From Eledone cirrhosa (taxonomy: Eukaryota): DNA of 64,000 nt. Positions 1 through 11,489 of the stretch are shown one piece after another. The stretch spans positions 284,890,001-284,954,000 of the forward strand of contig OZ024743.1 of NCBI GenBank assembly GCA_964016885.1, read 5' to 3'. The position numbers and the translations under genes are program-made. Position 1 is the stretch's first letter, and each line of letters starts with the position of its first letter. A model generated the notes under the pieces. That model did not search any database, was not told the DNA's origin, and saw only the letters and a program-made list of their open reading frames with translations.

Positions 1-917
1 AAGTACCAGTAATGCACTGGTATCAATTTAATCGATTTTCTCCTCCAAAAAAATTGTTGACCATTATTTTAGTGATTTCAGTCATTGGATTGTGGCTATG
101 TTAGGCTCACACCTTCTTAGGTAGAATTGATTATATTGGCTGTTTTCATTACCACCAGCCACTCTAATGCTTATTTTATGAAACTCAGAAGGATGAAGGG
201 AAAAGATGAGCTAAGTGAGATTTCAACTCAGAGTGTATAGAGATGTAATCAAACGCTAAAAGTATTCTGATGCTCTGATAAATCTGCCAATCCAGGTGGC
301 ATATATTTCCTGTCTGTACAAGACACTCATTGTTTAAAACAATTAATTTTATCACCCCATAATATATCTGTTTGTAGCTTTGTAGCTTCATCAACTGGGA
401 TATTGAAAGTTACATTTCTTAGTTATGGATGCAGTGAAACTGTTGTGAAAGTAAATAAACATCATTCATTCGACTAGAATTCTATCACCCTATTGATTAA
501 ACCAGCTGCATAACAGTGTATAAGAATAAAAGAATAACATGAAATGTGTTTTTATAACTGAAGAAAAAATCATACTCACGCACACACACATGCATATATA
601 TATAATGTTAAACAATGAAAAGAAAAAGAAAAATACAAGGTGAAGTAGTTTATTAATCCATTGTTTTATGATCATTTCAAAGAGCAAGATTATCAATGTG
701 CAGACTAATCAATAGCAGTTGTACATCTCCATACCATCAAACTTGTAAAAGCACATCTGCTCTGCTGGTAATCCTCAGAAACAATGATTCAGATTTTTAT
801 TAGATAGATGAGTAAACAGGTCAGATGGAAGAAAAAGCACTTATACAATGACATATTCAACAATATCATCTTTCCATAAAAACAGATTTCACTTCACTTT
901 CATGGGATATTCACATC

Positions 918-1305
918 AAGATAGGAGTTCAATTATATTGTAATTGAACTCCTATCTTTATTAACCTCTGCCTTGAATGTACTTTCACCCAGTTTGGCTG
1001 GTTAGACTAACTTCCATTGACATTTGTGTTAACAACTACATCTTCTCTGAAGATCCTATACCACTGATGTAACGACTTACATGTGTAAACAAAGTTACCG
1101 ACTGTGGCGTAAGTGAAACATCATGTAAGAAGTAAAATTTTGTTCTAACAACCTGCAACTCCTCCATTTATTAATTTTGCTTATACCTGCTCTGCTTGAA
1201 CCCTTCATTAAATATTAACCCCTCTCTAATATTTAACACTGCTAACCCAAGCATTGAGCCCACCTCGCTTCAGCTATCGGCATTTAGTATACCGTATCAC
1301 ACCTT
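918..1305 (+). mobile_element. Penelope-like pseudo-LTR remnant with a 5' mini-hairpin and a hammerhead motif
   Basis: 18-bp inverted repeat at 918-935/941-958, hammerhead core at 1042-1132, and a downstream TTGAGCCC motif like the tails of other fold-back elements in this window. Ends next to CT/TA/CA microsatellite. Confidence 0.55.
1042..1132 (+). ncRNA. Type I hammerhead ribozyme motif with extended stem II
   Basis: Stem I CTTCT/AGAAG; core CTGAAGA and GAAA; stem II CCTATACCAC/GTGGCGTAAG with nested GTAAC/GTTAC and TTAC/GTAA; stem III ACA-TCA-TGT; cleavage triplet GTA. Confidence 0.7.
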
Positions 1306-2579
1306 TCTATCTCTCTCTCCTCCTTTCTTATGATACATATATCCTCTCATATATAGATATATACACACACACATGTACTTACATAGATACACACACATAT
1401 ATGTATACACATACTCAGATATGTGTATATACATAAAATACAAGGATGATATTTGGCATCTGTTAGTTTATGGTTTATTACCTTGTCGATACACATTTCA
1501 GATTAATCAATAACCGGTCTTCTTCGCCTATGCCATTTCCTATTCAAAACTCAAATGTTTTATTACACATTACTGTCCAACCCATTATAGGTTAACAGGA
1601 AACAATCTAATCGTTTGATTTCATAAAAATTGCAATTCAATTTTTTTTTAAATATTTTATTGATTGTTAGTTTCAAGATCAAGAACCTTTCAGATTGTAA
1701 GAAAGAGAAATAAAAGAATAAGGTTAAGAAACTTTTGGGATTATTGTAAGAATTTTTTCTTCACAACCATGTAGTTCCAGTTCCAATTCCATTGCATAGC
1801 ACCTTGAGCAAGTTTCTTCTACAATAGTTTTGAGAATGGGATTTGGCAGGTAGAAACTGTGTAGAAGCCCATTATATATGTGTGTATGTGCATGTGCATG
1901 CGTGCGTATGTGTGTTTGCAGGTGTGTTGGGAAAGACTTGTCCAACCCATCCAAGCATGGAAAGGCTGAGAGAAAAGGATGATGATGATAATGTATGTGT
2001 TTGTATGTACACTCGTACCATTCAAGTGTATGGGTGTATCTTTCATTAATGTATATCAGCAAAATATACAAACATTGACAAAAACCATGATTAAACAGTA
2101 CTTTCAAACAAAAATTCTTTGTGATATTTGTTCTGCCCATTTTGCTCAAATGTTACCTTGTCTTTTTTACCATCAGAAATGCAGTAAACCTATAATAGGC
2201 TCATATTGCAATACAAACTATAATAAATAACTATACAATACATGTTTATATTAAGATATAAGGCATGTTTGTATCTCATATCTGGATATTTCTGGTTCAC
2301 TAGGTAAGACATTGAATAATGTTATAATATATTTTAATAAGTGTAAAACTATACAGATATATACAGTACTAAGAAAAAGTCAAAATAAGGGAGGGAATAA
2401 TAAGGAAGAAAAATAGAGGATATATTAAAGGAGAAAAAAAATAGCAGAATACCTGCACACTTGATCACACACCACAAGAGGCACTGGAGCCTCCCTCTCA
2501 TAATTTTAGTGGCAAACCAAAACACTTGCAGCATTGCCTCAGGTGATAGCAAAGCTCTAAAAGTCTAAAGTCAGTCTCA

Positions 2580-2828
2580 AACCTGGAGGCTCATCAGGCT
2601 AGTGCTTATCCCAGTTTCCATGAGAGTACAAGACTCCCCCCTGGACAGGATGCCAGTCCATTGCAGGGTTAAACCCCAGCTACTGCTAGTACACATTTTC
2701 AGCTGAGTATACTGGAGCAATGTCAATTGAAGTGTTTTGCACAAGAATACAACACAACCCAATCCAGGAACTGAACCCATAGCCTTCTGATCGTAAGTCC
2801 AACACACTTACCACTAGGCCACGCTCCT
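2580..2828 (-). mobile_element. tRNA-derived CORE-type SINE (octopus OR-like)
   Basis: Minus strand has box A TGGCCTAGTGG, box B GGTTCAGTTCC, a CORE-like segment CTTGTGCAAAACACTT...CTCCAGTATACTCAGCTGAAAATG, then a V-domain-like CCCTGCAATGGACTGGCATCCTGTCCAGGGG. Confidence 0.7.
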
Positions 2829-3704
2829 AATGAGGCTATGCTACAGAAATAACCAAGCATTCTCACAATACAGTTGTAATAAGCAGATCAGACAAATATT
2901 CTCCTGGACATGGAACTCATCTATTATAATAGATATAATTATAGATAAGTTTTTCCCTAAAACATATTTTGAAATCAGCGCTGCAAGCAGAGTGAAAAGA
3001 GGATGATGTAAAAAAAGCATTTTAATGACTTCTTAGACAGAAATTTAAGGATAATTGGTGTTTATATTAAATAGTTGCAAGTTTATATCATGTATGTATG
3101 TATAAAGTGAATGTGTATAATGTATATGTATGTAGAGAAAGTTATTTAGCCTCAGGCCAGCTTTGATGAAGTAGACCTATGCACAAAAACGTTTCACTCA
3201 TGACCATCCCAATTTGTTTTATTCAAACATTATGTATTGACTGTATCCTCCTTTTTAAAAAAGATAGTAAGGTGTAATTTTAGGAAGATTTGACTATTAT
3301 TTCTAGCAAGTTGAACAACCACATAAGAGACTTTCTCATGAAATTGTATTTTATTAGTTTGTATGAGGCAATAATGCCAGTGTTTCATACTGTCTCATTT
3401 ATTCTTGGAATAAGGATTTGATATAGAGAAAATAGATTAATGGAGCTAATGTTTAATTTAAATTGTTGCAACTTAATTTCTAAAAGGAAATTATATGTGG
3501 GAAGGATAAGTCGTCAGTGGGATGATAGATTGTGAGGAAAAAAATTAGGAAAAATATTTAGTGCTGTGTCTAATATGTAAGGTACAATAGGATGAAGGGA
3601 ATGTAGTAAGATAACTACATCAAGTAGTTTTAGTTGGATGAAAAGTTAATACTGCTCCTTAGTGTTTGTAAGATTCATCTGATGGTTTTATAGTGAAAGG
3701 CTAT

Positions 3705-3840
3705 AACAGCCAGGAGCAAATTGCGGCCCGTTTAGCTTTCTGAATGGCATGCCTAATTTCAAAATTGCCTTGAATTAATTTTTTATGAAGAGCCATGTTC
3801 TGTGCAACCCACTGCTAGAAAAAGGTTGCCCATGCCTAGT
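3705..3840 (-). mobile_element. Non-autonomous DNA transposon (hAT/Charlie-like MITE), decayed
   Basis: Shares TTTAGCTTTCTGAATGGCATGCCTAA and AAAAAGGTTG(C/G)CCA with 9208-9370 in the opposite orientation; end reads AGGCATGGGCAACC. Confidence 0.45.
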
Positions 3841-3969
3841 TTGTAACTTAACAGAAATGAAAGAGTGTAGACTAAAAGCTTTACTCTAGTTAGTCTCATC
3901 CCTATACAACCTGAATTCAAATCTCTTCGGGGTCATCTTTACCATTCATCCCTGTCATGTTAAGGGGTC

Positions 3970-4182
3970 AGGGGCTTGTCCAGCTGCTTTCTCTTCATAC
4001 CAGTCCCCGTAGAGACCTCAGGAATCCTTGGACCCTGTACTGCCGAGCTCTTCCATAAAATCGGATCATCAGTAGCCTGTCTGAGGAAAGAACCTCATGA
4101 GGTGGGGTGGCTGTTGCAGCGGGTGTTGCTGGCCATTGTCTATGGAAATGTCTTTGCAGTTTTGTCTGCAGGGTGTAGCTGA
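3970..4182 (+). pseudogene. CRE-clade non-LTR retrotransposon, C-terminal restriction-like endonuclease fragment
   Basis: FIPVPVETSGILGP...IG...EPHEVGWLLQRVLLAIVYGNVFAVL matches the F.P...ET.G..GP...QRLS.AI..GNA..IL terminus of CRE-type elements; related copy at 55540-55850. Confidence 0.7.
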
Positions 4183-5496
4183 AACACTGCCCCACCCCAG
4201 GCATAGAGCCTATCAGTTTCCCCCTTCTCTCCCTTTCTTCCAGGGGCTCATAGTCCTTCTTTTCCCCCTTTCCTCTCATTTTTTGGCATTATAGCCCTTT
4301 CTCCTACTATCCTATGCAGCCAGATCTGCCTTTCTTTACCTCTTTCCCCCTCTGTTCATTGCTTGGTTTTGTTTTTAGCCTTTTTTTTTTCTTTCATATT
4401 TCCATCAATATTTCTAATACTACAAATTGATTTATTTTCTGTAATTTTATTTTATAGACTTTAAAAAAAATGTAATCAGCTATACTCTTTTCCTTTTAAG
4501 GAAATGACTTAATGCATCACCAAAAATTGTATCTTTGGATTTGCAAATGTTACATTTCGGGACAATAATATCTAAACCATATAAGCAGAAACTCTATTCT
4601 TTTTCTTTGTTTTTCTTCTATTTGAATATGAAACATTGGAAATGAGAATTATCTGCTAAACTTAACATTTTGTGTATGGTAAAAAAATATTGATACTTCT
4701 ATTATAAAATATTTCAATAACCCTTTGTTCATTCCCTATCCACTGAGTTCTAGTGGTTACACATTACCACCAGCAAGAACAAAAACTACATATTTACTTG
4801 TTAACTTCTCCATTTCACTTTATTTTTTATTGATATATTGTTGATCATATTCTTTTTCTTTTCTCGTTTTTTTTTTATTGCTCACACCTGAATGCGGTTT
4901 GATAAAGTGTTTCACACAGTTGAACTAATCTCTACAATTACCTGTGTATTTTCTCTAGTCATCTTAATATATTTGTAAAGAAATTGACTGTTTTATAACA
5001 TACTGCTCTTTTAGTTGACAGTTATCATGACAGAAACTCAGTCCACAACATTTTATTACATGACCTACTATACTTAATAGTCTCTGGATCAGTTAGTTGA
5101 CACCTTTTACTCGTGATATTTTCTTTACACTGACAGAAAGAAACTTTACTTTGTTATCTGTGAAGTACTAACTGTGGTTCAAAGAAGGCCTGTATTTGAT
5201 ATTATTGCCTTGAATGTGTCACATGAGAAACCAGTAATCCAGAGTAAATTAAATTCCATAAACATACAAGCATACCATAGGGATTTTACAGACTACTTCC
5301 ATCACCACCATCATCATCATCATTATTATTGATGGTGTGCACAGTAAATATTATTACTGAATTTTCTACTCTCTGTCAAGTCTCAACAAAGAACTTAGAC
5401 AAACAGTAGTTTCATAAGTATATGTGCAATGCCCAACAGGACAGTCTTTTGTTGGAGAACAGTTTGTGATCTGAGGTCTATTTTCTTAATATTTAC

Positions 5497-5700
5497 CATT
5501 TACATTATTCTATATTTACTATTATATTTTCACATTAAAGGCTTTATCTCACATAATATCGAATATATGAGATTTTGATATTATTTATTTTGAGAAAAAT
5601 AACTTAACATCAGTATGAGTGGCCAGTTATGGCTGGTTTGAACAGAAAGAGGTGAGAGAATTGTAGCCGGATTAGGCCGGTTTAAATGCTGAAGGGTTCA
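5497..5700 (-). mobile_element. piggyBac-like MITE, decayed copy
   Basis: Reverse-complement match along about 200 bp to the TTAA-flanked MITE at 38340-38540. Confidence 0.65.
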
Positions 5701-6010
5701 AACACCCTCTCGGTTTTAGTGGTATCAAGCCCAAAGCTCCAATGACAACTAGAATTATCTTTATGTTGTTAGGTTGCATTAACCATATTAATGCAATCTT
5801 CATCTTCAAGTCAGCATATTTTGTTATTTTTTCAATTTCATTCAAGGTTACATTAGAGTCTCTTGAGATAGTAAAATGAATAGTCTGGCATTCACACCTA
5901 TTTCTGTGCATAACTACTACAATATCAGGACTGTTGTTTTCATGTCTGCAGTCTGTTTGGATAGTGAAGTCCCAGGCTATCTTGGGTTTATTTCTGTCAT
6001 CAAGGGTACT
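5701..6010 (-). pseudogene. R4/Dong-clade LINE restriction-like endonuclease fragment
   Basis: Translation KIAWDFTIQTD...NSPDIVV...EKITKYADLK...VVIGALG is the R4-type RLE signature. Confidence 0.75.
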
Positions 6011-6099
6011 TTCTAGGACATGCTGGTACCACTTATCGGAAACTTGATATCCCTATATTTGGCAAATTGACTGTAGAAACTATGCCAAGATAGGAACAT

Positions 6100-6441
6100 G
6101 TAAGTATGATGTGGTCCTTCCATCCAATCGATGCAACGCGGAAAACAGATATAAAATGCTCCCAGTCCACACTGTAAAGTGGTTGTGTAAGTCTCACAAC
6201 AAAAAGCACCTAGTTCACACTGCAAAGTGGTTGTGTTGGTGACATGACATAAAGCACCCAGTACTCACTGTAAATGAGCTTGGCATTAGGAAGGGTATCC
6301 AGCTGTAGAAACCAAGCCAAAATCATTCTGTATGTGCAAGAAATGGTTACCTAACCTAGCATTGCCCATAATAGGACAACTTGTCTAACCCCTGCTAGCA
6401 TGGAAAAATGGACGTAAAATGGTGACGATGTTGATAATGAT
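6100..6441 (+). mobile_element. RTE LINE 3' UTR fragment with degenerate (GAT)n tail
   Basis: Matches the 3' UTR of the copy at 27600-27858 (AGGAAGGG.ATCCAGCTGTAGAAA...GCTAGCATGGAA...GGACGTAAAATG) and ends in (TA)n. Confidence 0.75.
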
Positions 6442-6457
6442 ATATATATATATATAT

Positions 6458-6612
6458 CCGTCCCTTCGATCTATCTTATTTCTCATTCTTTCTTCTGATG
6501 AAGGACTAGCATCCAAAACGTTAAGACCCTCTTCCTGCTATTTCAAGCATTAACCTAATATATTCCTTCCATATATTGTACTGATTGTGTTGTTATTTCT
6601 GTTTACTTTTTA
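6458..6612 (+). mobile_element. Short hammerhead-bearing element (PLE pLTR-like) in (TA)n; hammerhead at 6491-6526 with G12 mutated
   Basis: TCTT CTGATGA A GGA-CTAGCA-TCC AAAA CG T T AAGA; homologous to 53450-53630. Confidence 0.6.
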
Positions 6613-7879
6613 CATACATACATATATATATAGAGAGAGAGAGCAGACGTTAAATGATGATACAACACACACACAGATATACACATCTACACAATGCGTT
6701 TCTAAGCAATTTCCATCTATCAAATTCCACTCACAAAGTATTGGTCAACTCATGGTTATAGAAAAAGGCACAAAATATTTTACTTTAATACTTATTTTAT
6801 CAATCTCTATTTATCAAATGGAGGAGTTTTAAATTAATTTTATGTAATGGGATCTAACTCAATGCACTGTTTATACTGTTATACACAAAACATAGAGACA
6901 GACACTATATATGAATGAGACTGTGTGTGTGTGTGTGTTTTAGGTGGGTGTGAGCATGTGTGTGTCTGTAAACAAAAATTGTCTATATAACTCCCTGAAT
7001 GCAATTATATTTGTTACTCTGATAATTTGCAGGCAGGCTACAGCTGTTGGCAACATATGTTCACAGTTTCCAACTGAATGACTTAGAAAAAACAAACAGG
7101 TAGCATATTATATAAAGACTTAATATTAGGATCAATGGTCTCGCCCTTGCTTTCTATACACCCGTTGCCAGTTATTTCTACTTCCCTACAATTATTGATT
7201 TATGACAAAAATAGAATACTTTAAATTTCTAGGAAGAAAACAAATGAGGTCATGTGATATCCCTGCCTTTTCTGATGGGCATTCATCTCAAAAACTAAAT
7301 TCTGTGTTTCAAAATAAGGTTGAAAATTTGACCCACAAAATGCTTATCTCAAATCTGTGCACAGAGATGTCATCATCATCACTGTTTAACAACAACAGCA
7401 ACAACAATATATTCTGAATTCATCAAAAATTAGTGCTGGTATTTTTTCAACATGATTGGATGAAAAGCAATGGTGACTGTATTAGTATTTTAGATCCTGA
7501 AGATAGAAGTTAAAACAAAAGGATTTTGTCTAAAACTCTAATGCCTTTATTAACTCACTGTCCTAATAATGATCATTTTTAACTTTACAATGATCTTTTT
7601 TAACTTTACAAAAGCCCACAAAGGAGAGGGAAGTTCAAGTAAAACAAATTCAATATATTGCTGGTACTTATTTTATTGATTCTAGAAGGATGACAGGTTC
7701 TTTCAGCCTCTTAATGATAAAGCATTGTAAATTTGGCATTAAGGTACACATTTTAGAAGAGTGTAGTTGATGGAATTAACTTTGGTTCTTGACTGGTACT
7801 TCTTTCATCAGACCAAAGAAGATGAAAGGCAAAATTAACAGTGGAAGAAACTCTGAACTCAAAATGATGATAATAAAAA

Positions 7880-8110
7880 TTGTTGTGTACAGTGCTCAGG
7901 TGCACTACAACTCATCAAAGATGCATGTGTAGTACATAGAATAATGAACAAATGTCAGGAAAGTGAAAAGAGTATGAGTCATGATATACACACAGATACA
8001 TGCGTGCATGTGTATGGAGGGGGAATATCAGGTGTAATGTTGGCAAATTTCAGGAAGCATGGAAGTTTTGAAGGGTGCAGTGTCCCAACAGCTAACAACC
8101 GATGCAGGTA
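7880..8110 (-). mobile_element. Possible CR1/L2 LINE 3' end remnant
   Basis: Minus strand reads PASVVSCWDTAPFKTSML, similar to the LP..VV....F K end of CR1/L2 ORF2, followed by a UTR and an ATT-like tail. Confidence 0.4.
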
Positions 8111-8524
8111 AAAAGACAACTAAAATATGACAAAATAGTTTAATAAAACCCTTCAGATTGTGTTCAGCTACTTTTATGATAGTAATATTGGTTTCTTTTA
8201 AAATAATAAAGATTTCTTAGGCACGTGGCCATCATTCTGCTGATGAGTTCCTACATTAGCACAAGGCCAGAAATTTAACAAAGAGGTATAGTCAATTTTA
8301 CTGACACCAATACTTCATTGATTCTTATTTTATGAACTACTTTAGTTGAATAAAAAACAAAGTTGACTCCAGCAGAATTTTTAAAAAAACTTTTTCTATA
8401 TTTCCAACAAGGTGGTAAATAGCCATTTAATTTGTTAGGAGTTTCAAATGAAGAGGAATAAAACAAAATCTAATGAGATGAAATCAGAAAATTCAAAATG
8501 TATGAGAACATAACTGAAAAATGT

Positions 8525-8735
8525 TTTCTGATTTAGGCACAATACCAACAATTTGGGGGGAGGAGAAAGTTGATTAAATTGACCCCAGTGCATTACTGGT
8601 ACTTTATTTTATCAACCCTGTAAGGATGAAAGACAATACTAATCTTGGTGGTATTTGAAATTAGAATGTAAAGGGATATAATTCTATGCCAAGAAGCATA
8701 GTGTCTGACACTCTACCCATACTGCCATTCCACCA
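8525..8735 (-). mobile_element. SINE family A copy (tRNA-like head, ATT tail)
   Basis: Matches the consensus TGGATTGGCAGTATCGGTAGAG...GAGTTCAAATCCCGCCGAGGTTAACTTTGCCTTTCATCCTTACGGGGTCGATAAAATAAAGTACCAGT...GGCCTTGTGCC. Confidence 0.75.
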
Positions 8736-9207
8736 AACATAACTAAATAATAGCTTCTGATTTAGGCACAAGGCTAATAGTTTTGAGGGAGTATAAAAGT
8801 GATAAAATCAACATCAGTGTGTTACTGGTACTTAAATAATGCTATGCATTTTATATTACACTCTTCTACTTTTGCTTTCCACTGATAAGAATAGACACAG
8901 CCTACCTTCGATGCCGTATTTTCTCTATAGAATAATATAATTTTCATTGTACATAAAAAAACTAATATTAGAAAATAGCTTTATGAAAATCAACACAAAT
9001 AAAAACTGATAACTCAATGGACTAGCAATAGCCAATCAGCCCTGCTGCTATAAAACAATGTGGTAACACCTGTGAAATACAGGCATGTACCCAGGCTCAT
9101 GGGTCTATGTAAAATGCTATGATAATTATTTTATAGAGAAGGAAAAAAATGAGATTATATGACAAACATGCATTTATTAATTTCATTGAAATGAAATGCC
9201 TACAATA

Positions 9208-9370
9208 AGCTTGGCCAACCTTTTTCAAGAGGTGGGCAACATGAGATATGGCTCATCATAAGGCAGGCCGTATTACTAAAATAATTCTAGTTTTGAACTT
9301 AGGCATGCCATTCAGAAAGCTAAACAGGTCACATGCAACATATGGATTGCAATTTACTCATGACTAGTCT
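9208..9370 (+). mobile_element. hAT-like MITE, second copy
   Basis: Reverse-complement similarity to 3705-3840. Confidence 0.45.
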
Positions 9371-9404
9371 ACAACTAGGAACCTATTATAGATCATTGAC
9401 TCAA

Positions 9405-9635
9405 TTAATGTCTACCATCTACACTACAACCTATACCCTGTTTTATAATACTATTACAAAAGTCTTTAAGCTACACTATAGCCTATACCCTGTTTTATAG
9501 CACTGTTACCAATGTCTACTATCTACACTATAGCTTATACCCTGTTACCAAAGTTTACACTACATCCTATACCCTGTTTTATAGTACTTTTACCAATCTC
9601 TTCCATCTACACTACAGCCTATACTCTATACTGTT
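9405..9635. repeat. Minisatellite with roughly 45-50 bp degenerate unit
   Basis: CTACACTA(C/T)AGCCTATACCCTGTTTTATAG.AC repeated about 5 times. Confidence 0.8.
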
Positions 9636-9699
9636 GAAACTATTCAGTTGTAATTTTTGTTTTTGTTTCATTGTGTTGCTCTAATTAATAATTGTTTAT

Positions 9700-9908
9700 G
9701 ATTCAAGCACAAGGCCAACAATTTTTTTTTTTTTGGCGGGGGGGGGGGGGGGGGGGTTAAATCGACCCCAGTGGTGGTTTATTTTATTGAACCCGTAAGG
9801 ATAAAAGGCAAAGCTAACCTTTGATTTGAACTCAGAATGTAAAGGCCATAACTGAATGCCACAAAGCATATTGCCTGATGTTCTACTGATACTGCTAGTC
9901 TACAGCCC
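9700..9908 (-). mobile_element. SINE family A copy with expanded T and G runs
   Basis: GCACAAGGCCAACAATT...AAATCGACCCCAGT...CCCGTAAGGATAAAAGGCAAAG...GATTTGAACTCAGA. Confidence 0.75.
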
Positions 9909-9999
9909 TTTTGGTTTAATTAATAGTCCAAAGACAATTTTCCTACATTTGAGGAGTGGGTACATTAAGGACTGTTTATAATTTCATCATCATAGTTGC

Positions 10000-10205
10000 A
10001 GACATGGCTATGTGTTTAAAAAATACACTTCGCAACCATATGTTTCTGGATTCAATCTCACTGCATAGAACCTTGAGCAAGTGTCTTGTACTATAACCTT
10101 GGGTTGATCAGTTCCTTAGGAGTGGAATTTGGTAGATGGGAATTGCAGGTTGTGCTCCAGCATGGCTACCGTCTAATGACTGAAACCAGTAAAATAATAA
10201 AAGAA
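10000..10205 (+). mobile_element. tRNA/CORE-type SINE, decayed
   Basis: ATGGCTATGTG...GGATTCAATCTCACTG...ACCTTGAGCAAGTGTCTT; similar copies at 1760-1870 and 32260-32385. Confidence 0.55.
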
Positions 10206-11402
10206 TAAAGTTGTAATCTAAAATACCTATCATATAATCACAATAGAATCTTCAATTCTTAAAATCTCTGCTAATACTAGTATGTAAAAACTCACAACCT
10301 TTCATATATATCATTGATATATGTTACTGTTTATAAATATAAACTATTTACTATTGACTATTTACAAATATGTCATTGCTACACTGTTAAATATCTAGCC
10401 AATAGATCTTGGTTTCAAGTTTTGTGACAGCTGTTATGTTCTGTCTTTTTCGCAGCATGGTACATTGCATAATTTGACCCTGTTTAACTAACCAGAAAAT
10501 GCGTATCAATCCTAGACAGTTGACATCTTTCAATTACGTTTTCTTCCTATTCTATTAGAAAACAAACTTTGTTGGGGTTTTTTATTAACAATTAACAAAC
10601 ACTTTTATTTCACATAATTATGCATACAAATAAACACAATTTGTGCTTTTAAAAAAAGAGAAAAATTGGGAGAAGACATGCACACTTAATTACACATTGC
10701 AACAAGGAGTGCTAGAATTTCCCTCTAATAATGTTTAGATAAACTAATGCTCACAGTACTGCCACTGGTGAGATTGAGGTTAAATGCTGGAATAACCAAG
10801 CACCCTTGCAGGCATCACCTGGTATCACAGTAAGGCAAACTGCCAACAATGACAAGAACCTTGTCAGCAGCCCAGCTCCCCCAAATGTCTCGAATGACTC
10901 AGGTTGAATAAAAATCCTATCAGTTTACAATGTGTAACATCTAATTACAGAAAGGAGAACATCAGAAAATTATAGAAAGCAAGATTTACCATATTATCCA
11001 GAATGTGATGCAAATGAAACTTAAGAATAAGTCTTTAGTGATTTAACAGTACTAATATTAATACTAATAACAGCTATCTTCTTATTGTATAATATTTAAT
11101 TTTTTGATCAGCTATGGATTGTTTATGTAATGTCTTTATGTTCAGAACAGCTTCATCCATCTCTTGAAACAGTAGTTATAAGAAAAGAATATGAGACATT
11201 TTAAACTACTTAAACAAAACCATAACTAATATGATATTATGACCAACTATTTTACTATTTCTATGACCAATAATTATTTTCAGGCTTACAGACAAAATAA
11301 TGGTAATTTTCCTTTGAAATATTTCGAGTATTTTTTGACTTACTAAAAACTACAGTTTAGCATAAAGTTCATTATTCCAGTTTGTTGTAGTTGTGTATGT
11401 GT

Positions 11403-11489
11403 AATAATTGTTTCTACTTTAGGCACAAGGCCAGCAATTACCCAGTGCATTACTGGTACTTTATTTTATCTACCCCGTAAGGATGAAAT
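11403..11489 (-). mobile_element. SINE family A, 5'-truncated
   Basis: AATAATTGTTTCTACTTTAGGCACAAGGCCAGCAATTACCCAGTGCATTACTGGTAC...CCCGTAAGGATGAAA. Confidence 0.8.

Noticed and set aside
9722-9757. Long T run plus G run, a possible G-quadruplex
   Set aside because: Homopolymer expansion of the TTTGGGGG segment present in SINE family A; the length may be a sequencing error.
10739-10907. GC-richer open frame after a TTTAG, a possible exon
   Set aside because: About 54 codons with no recognisable motif and no linked exons; not supportable.
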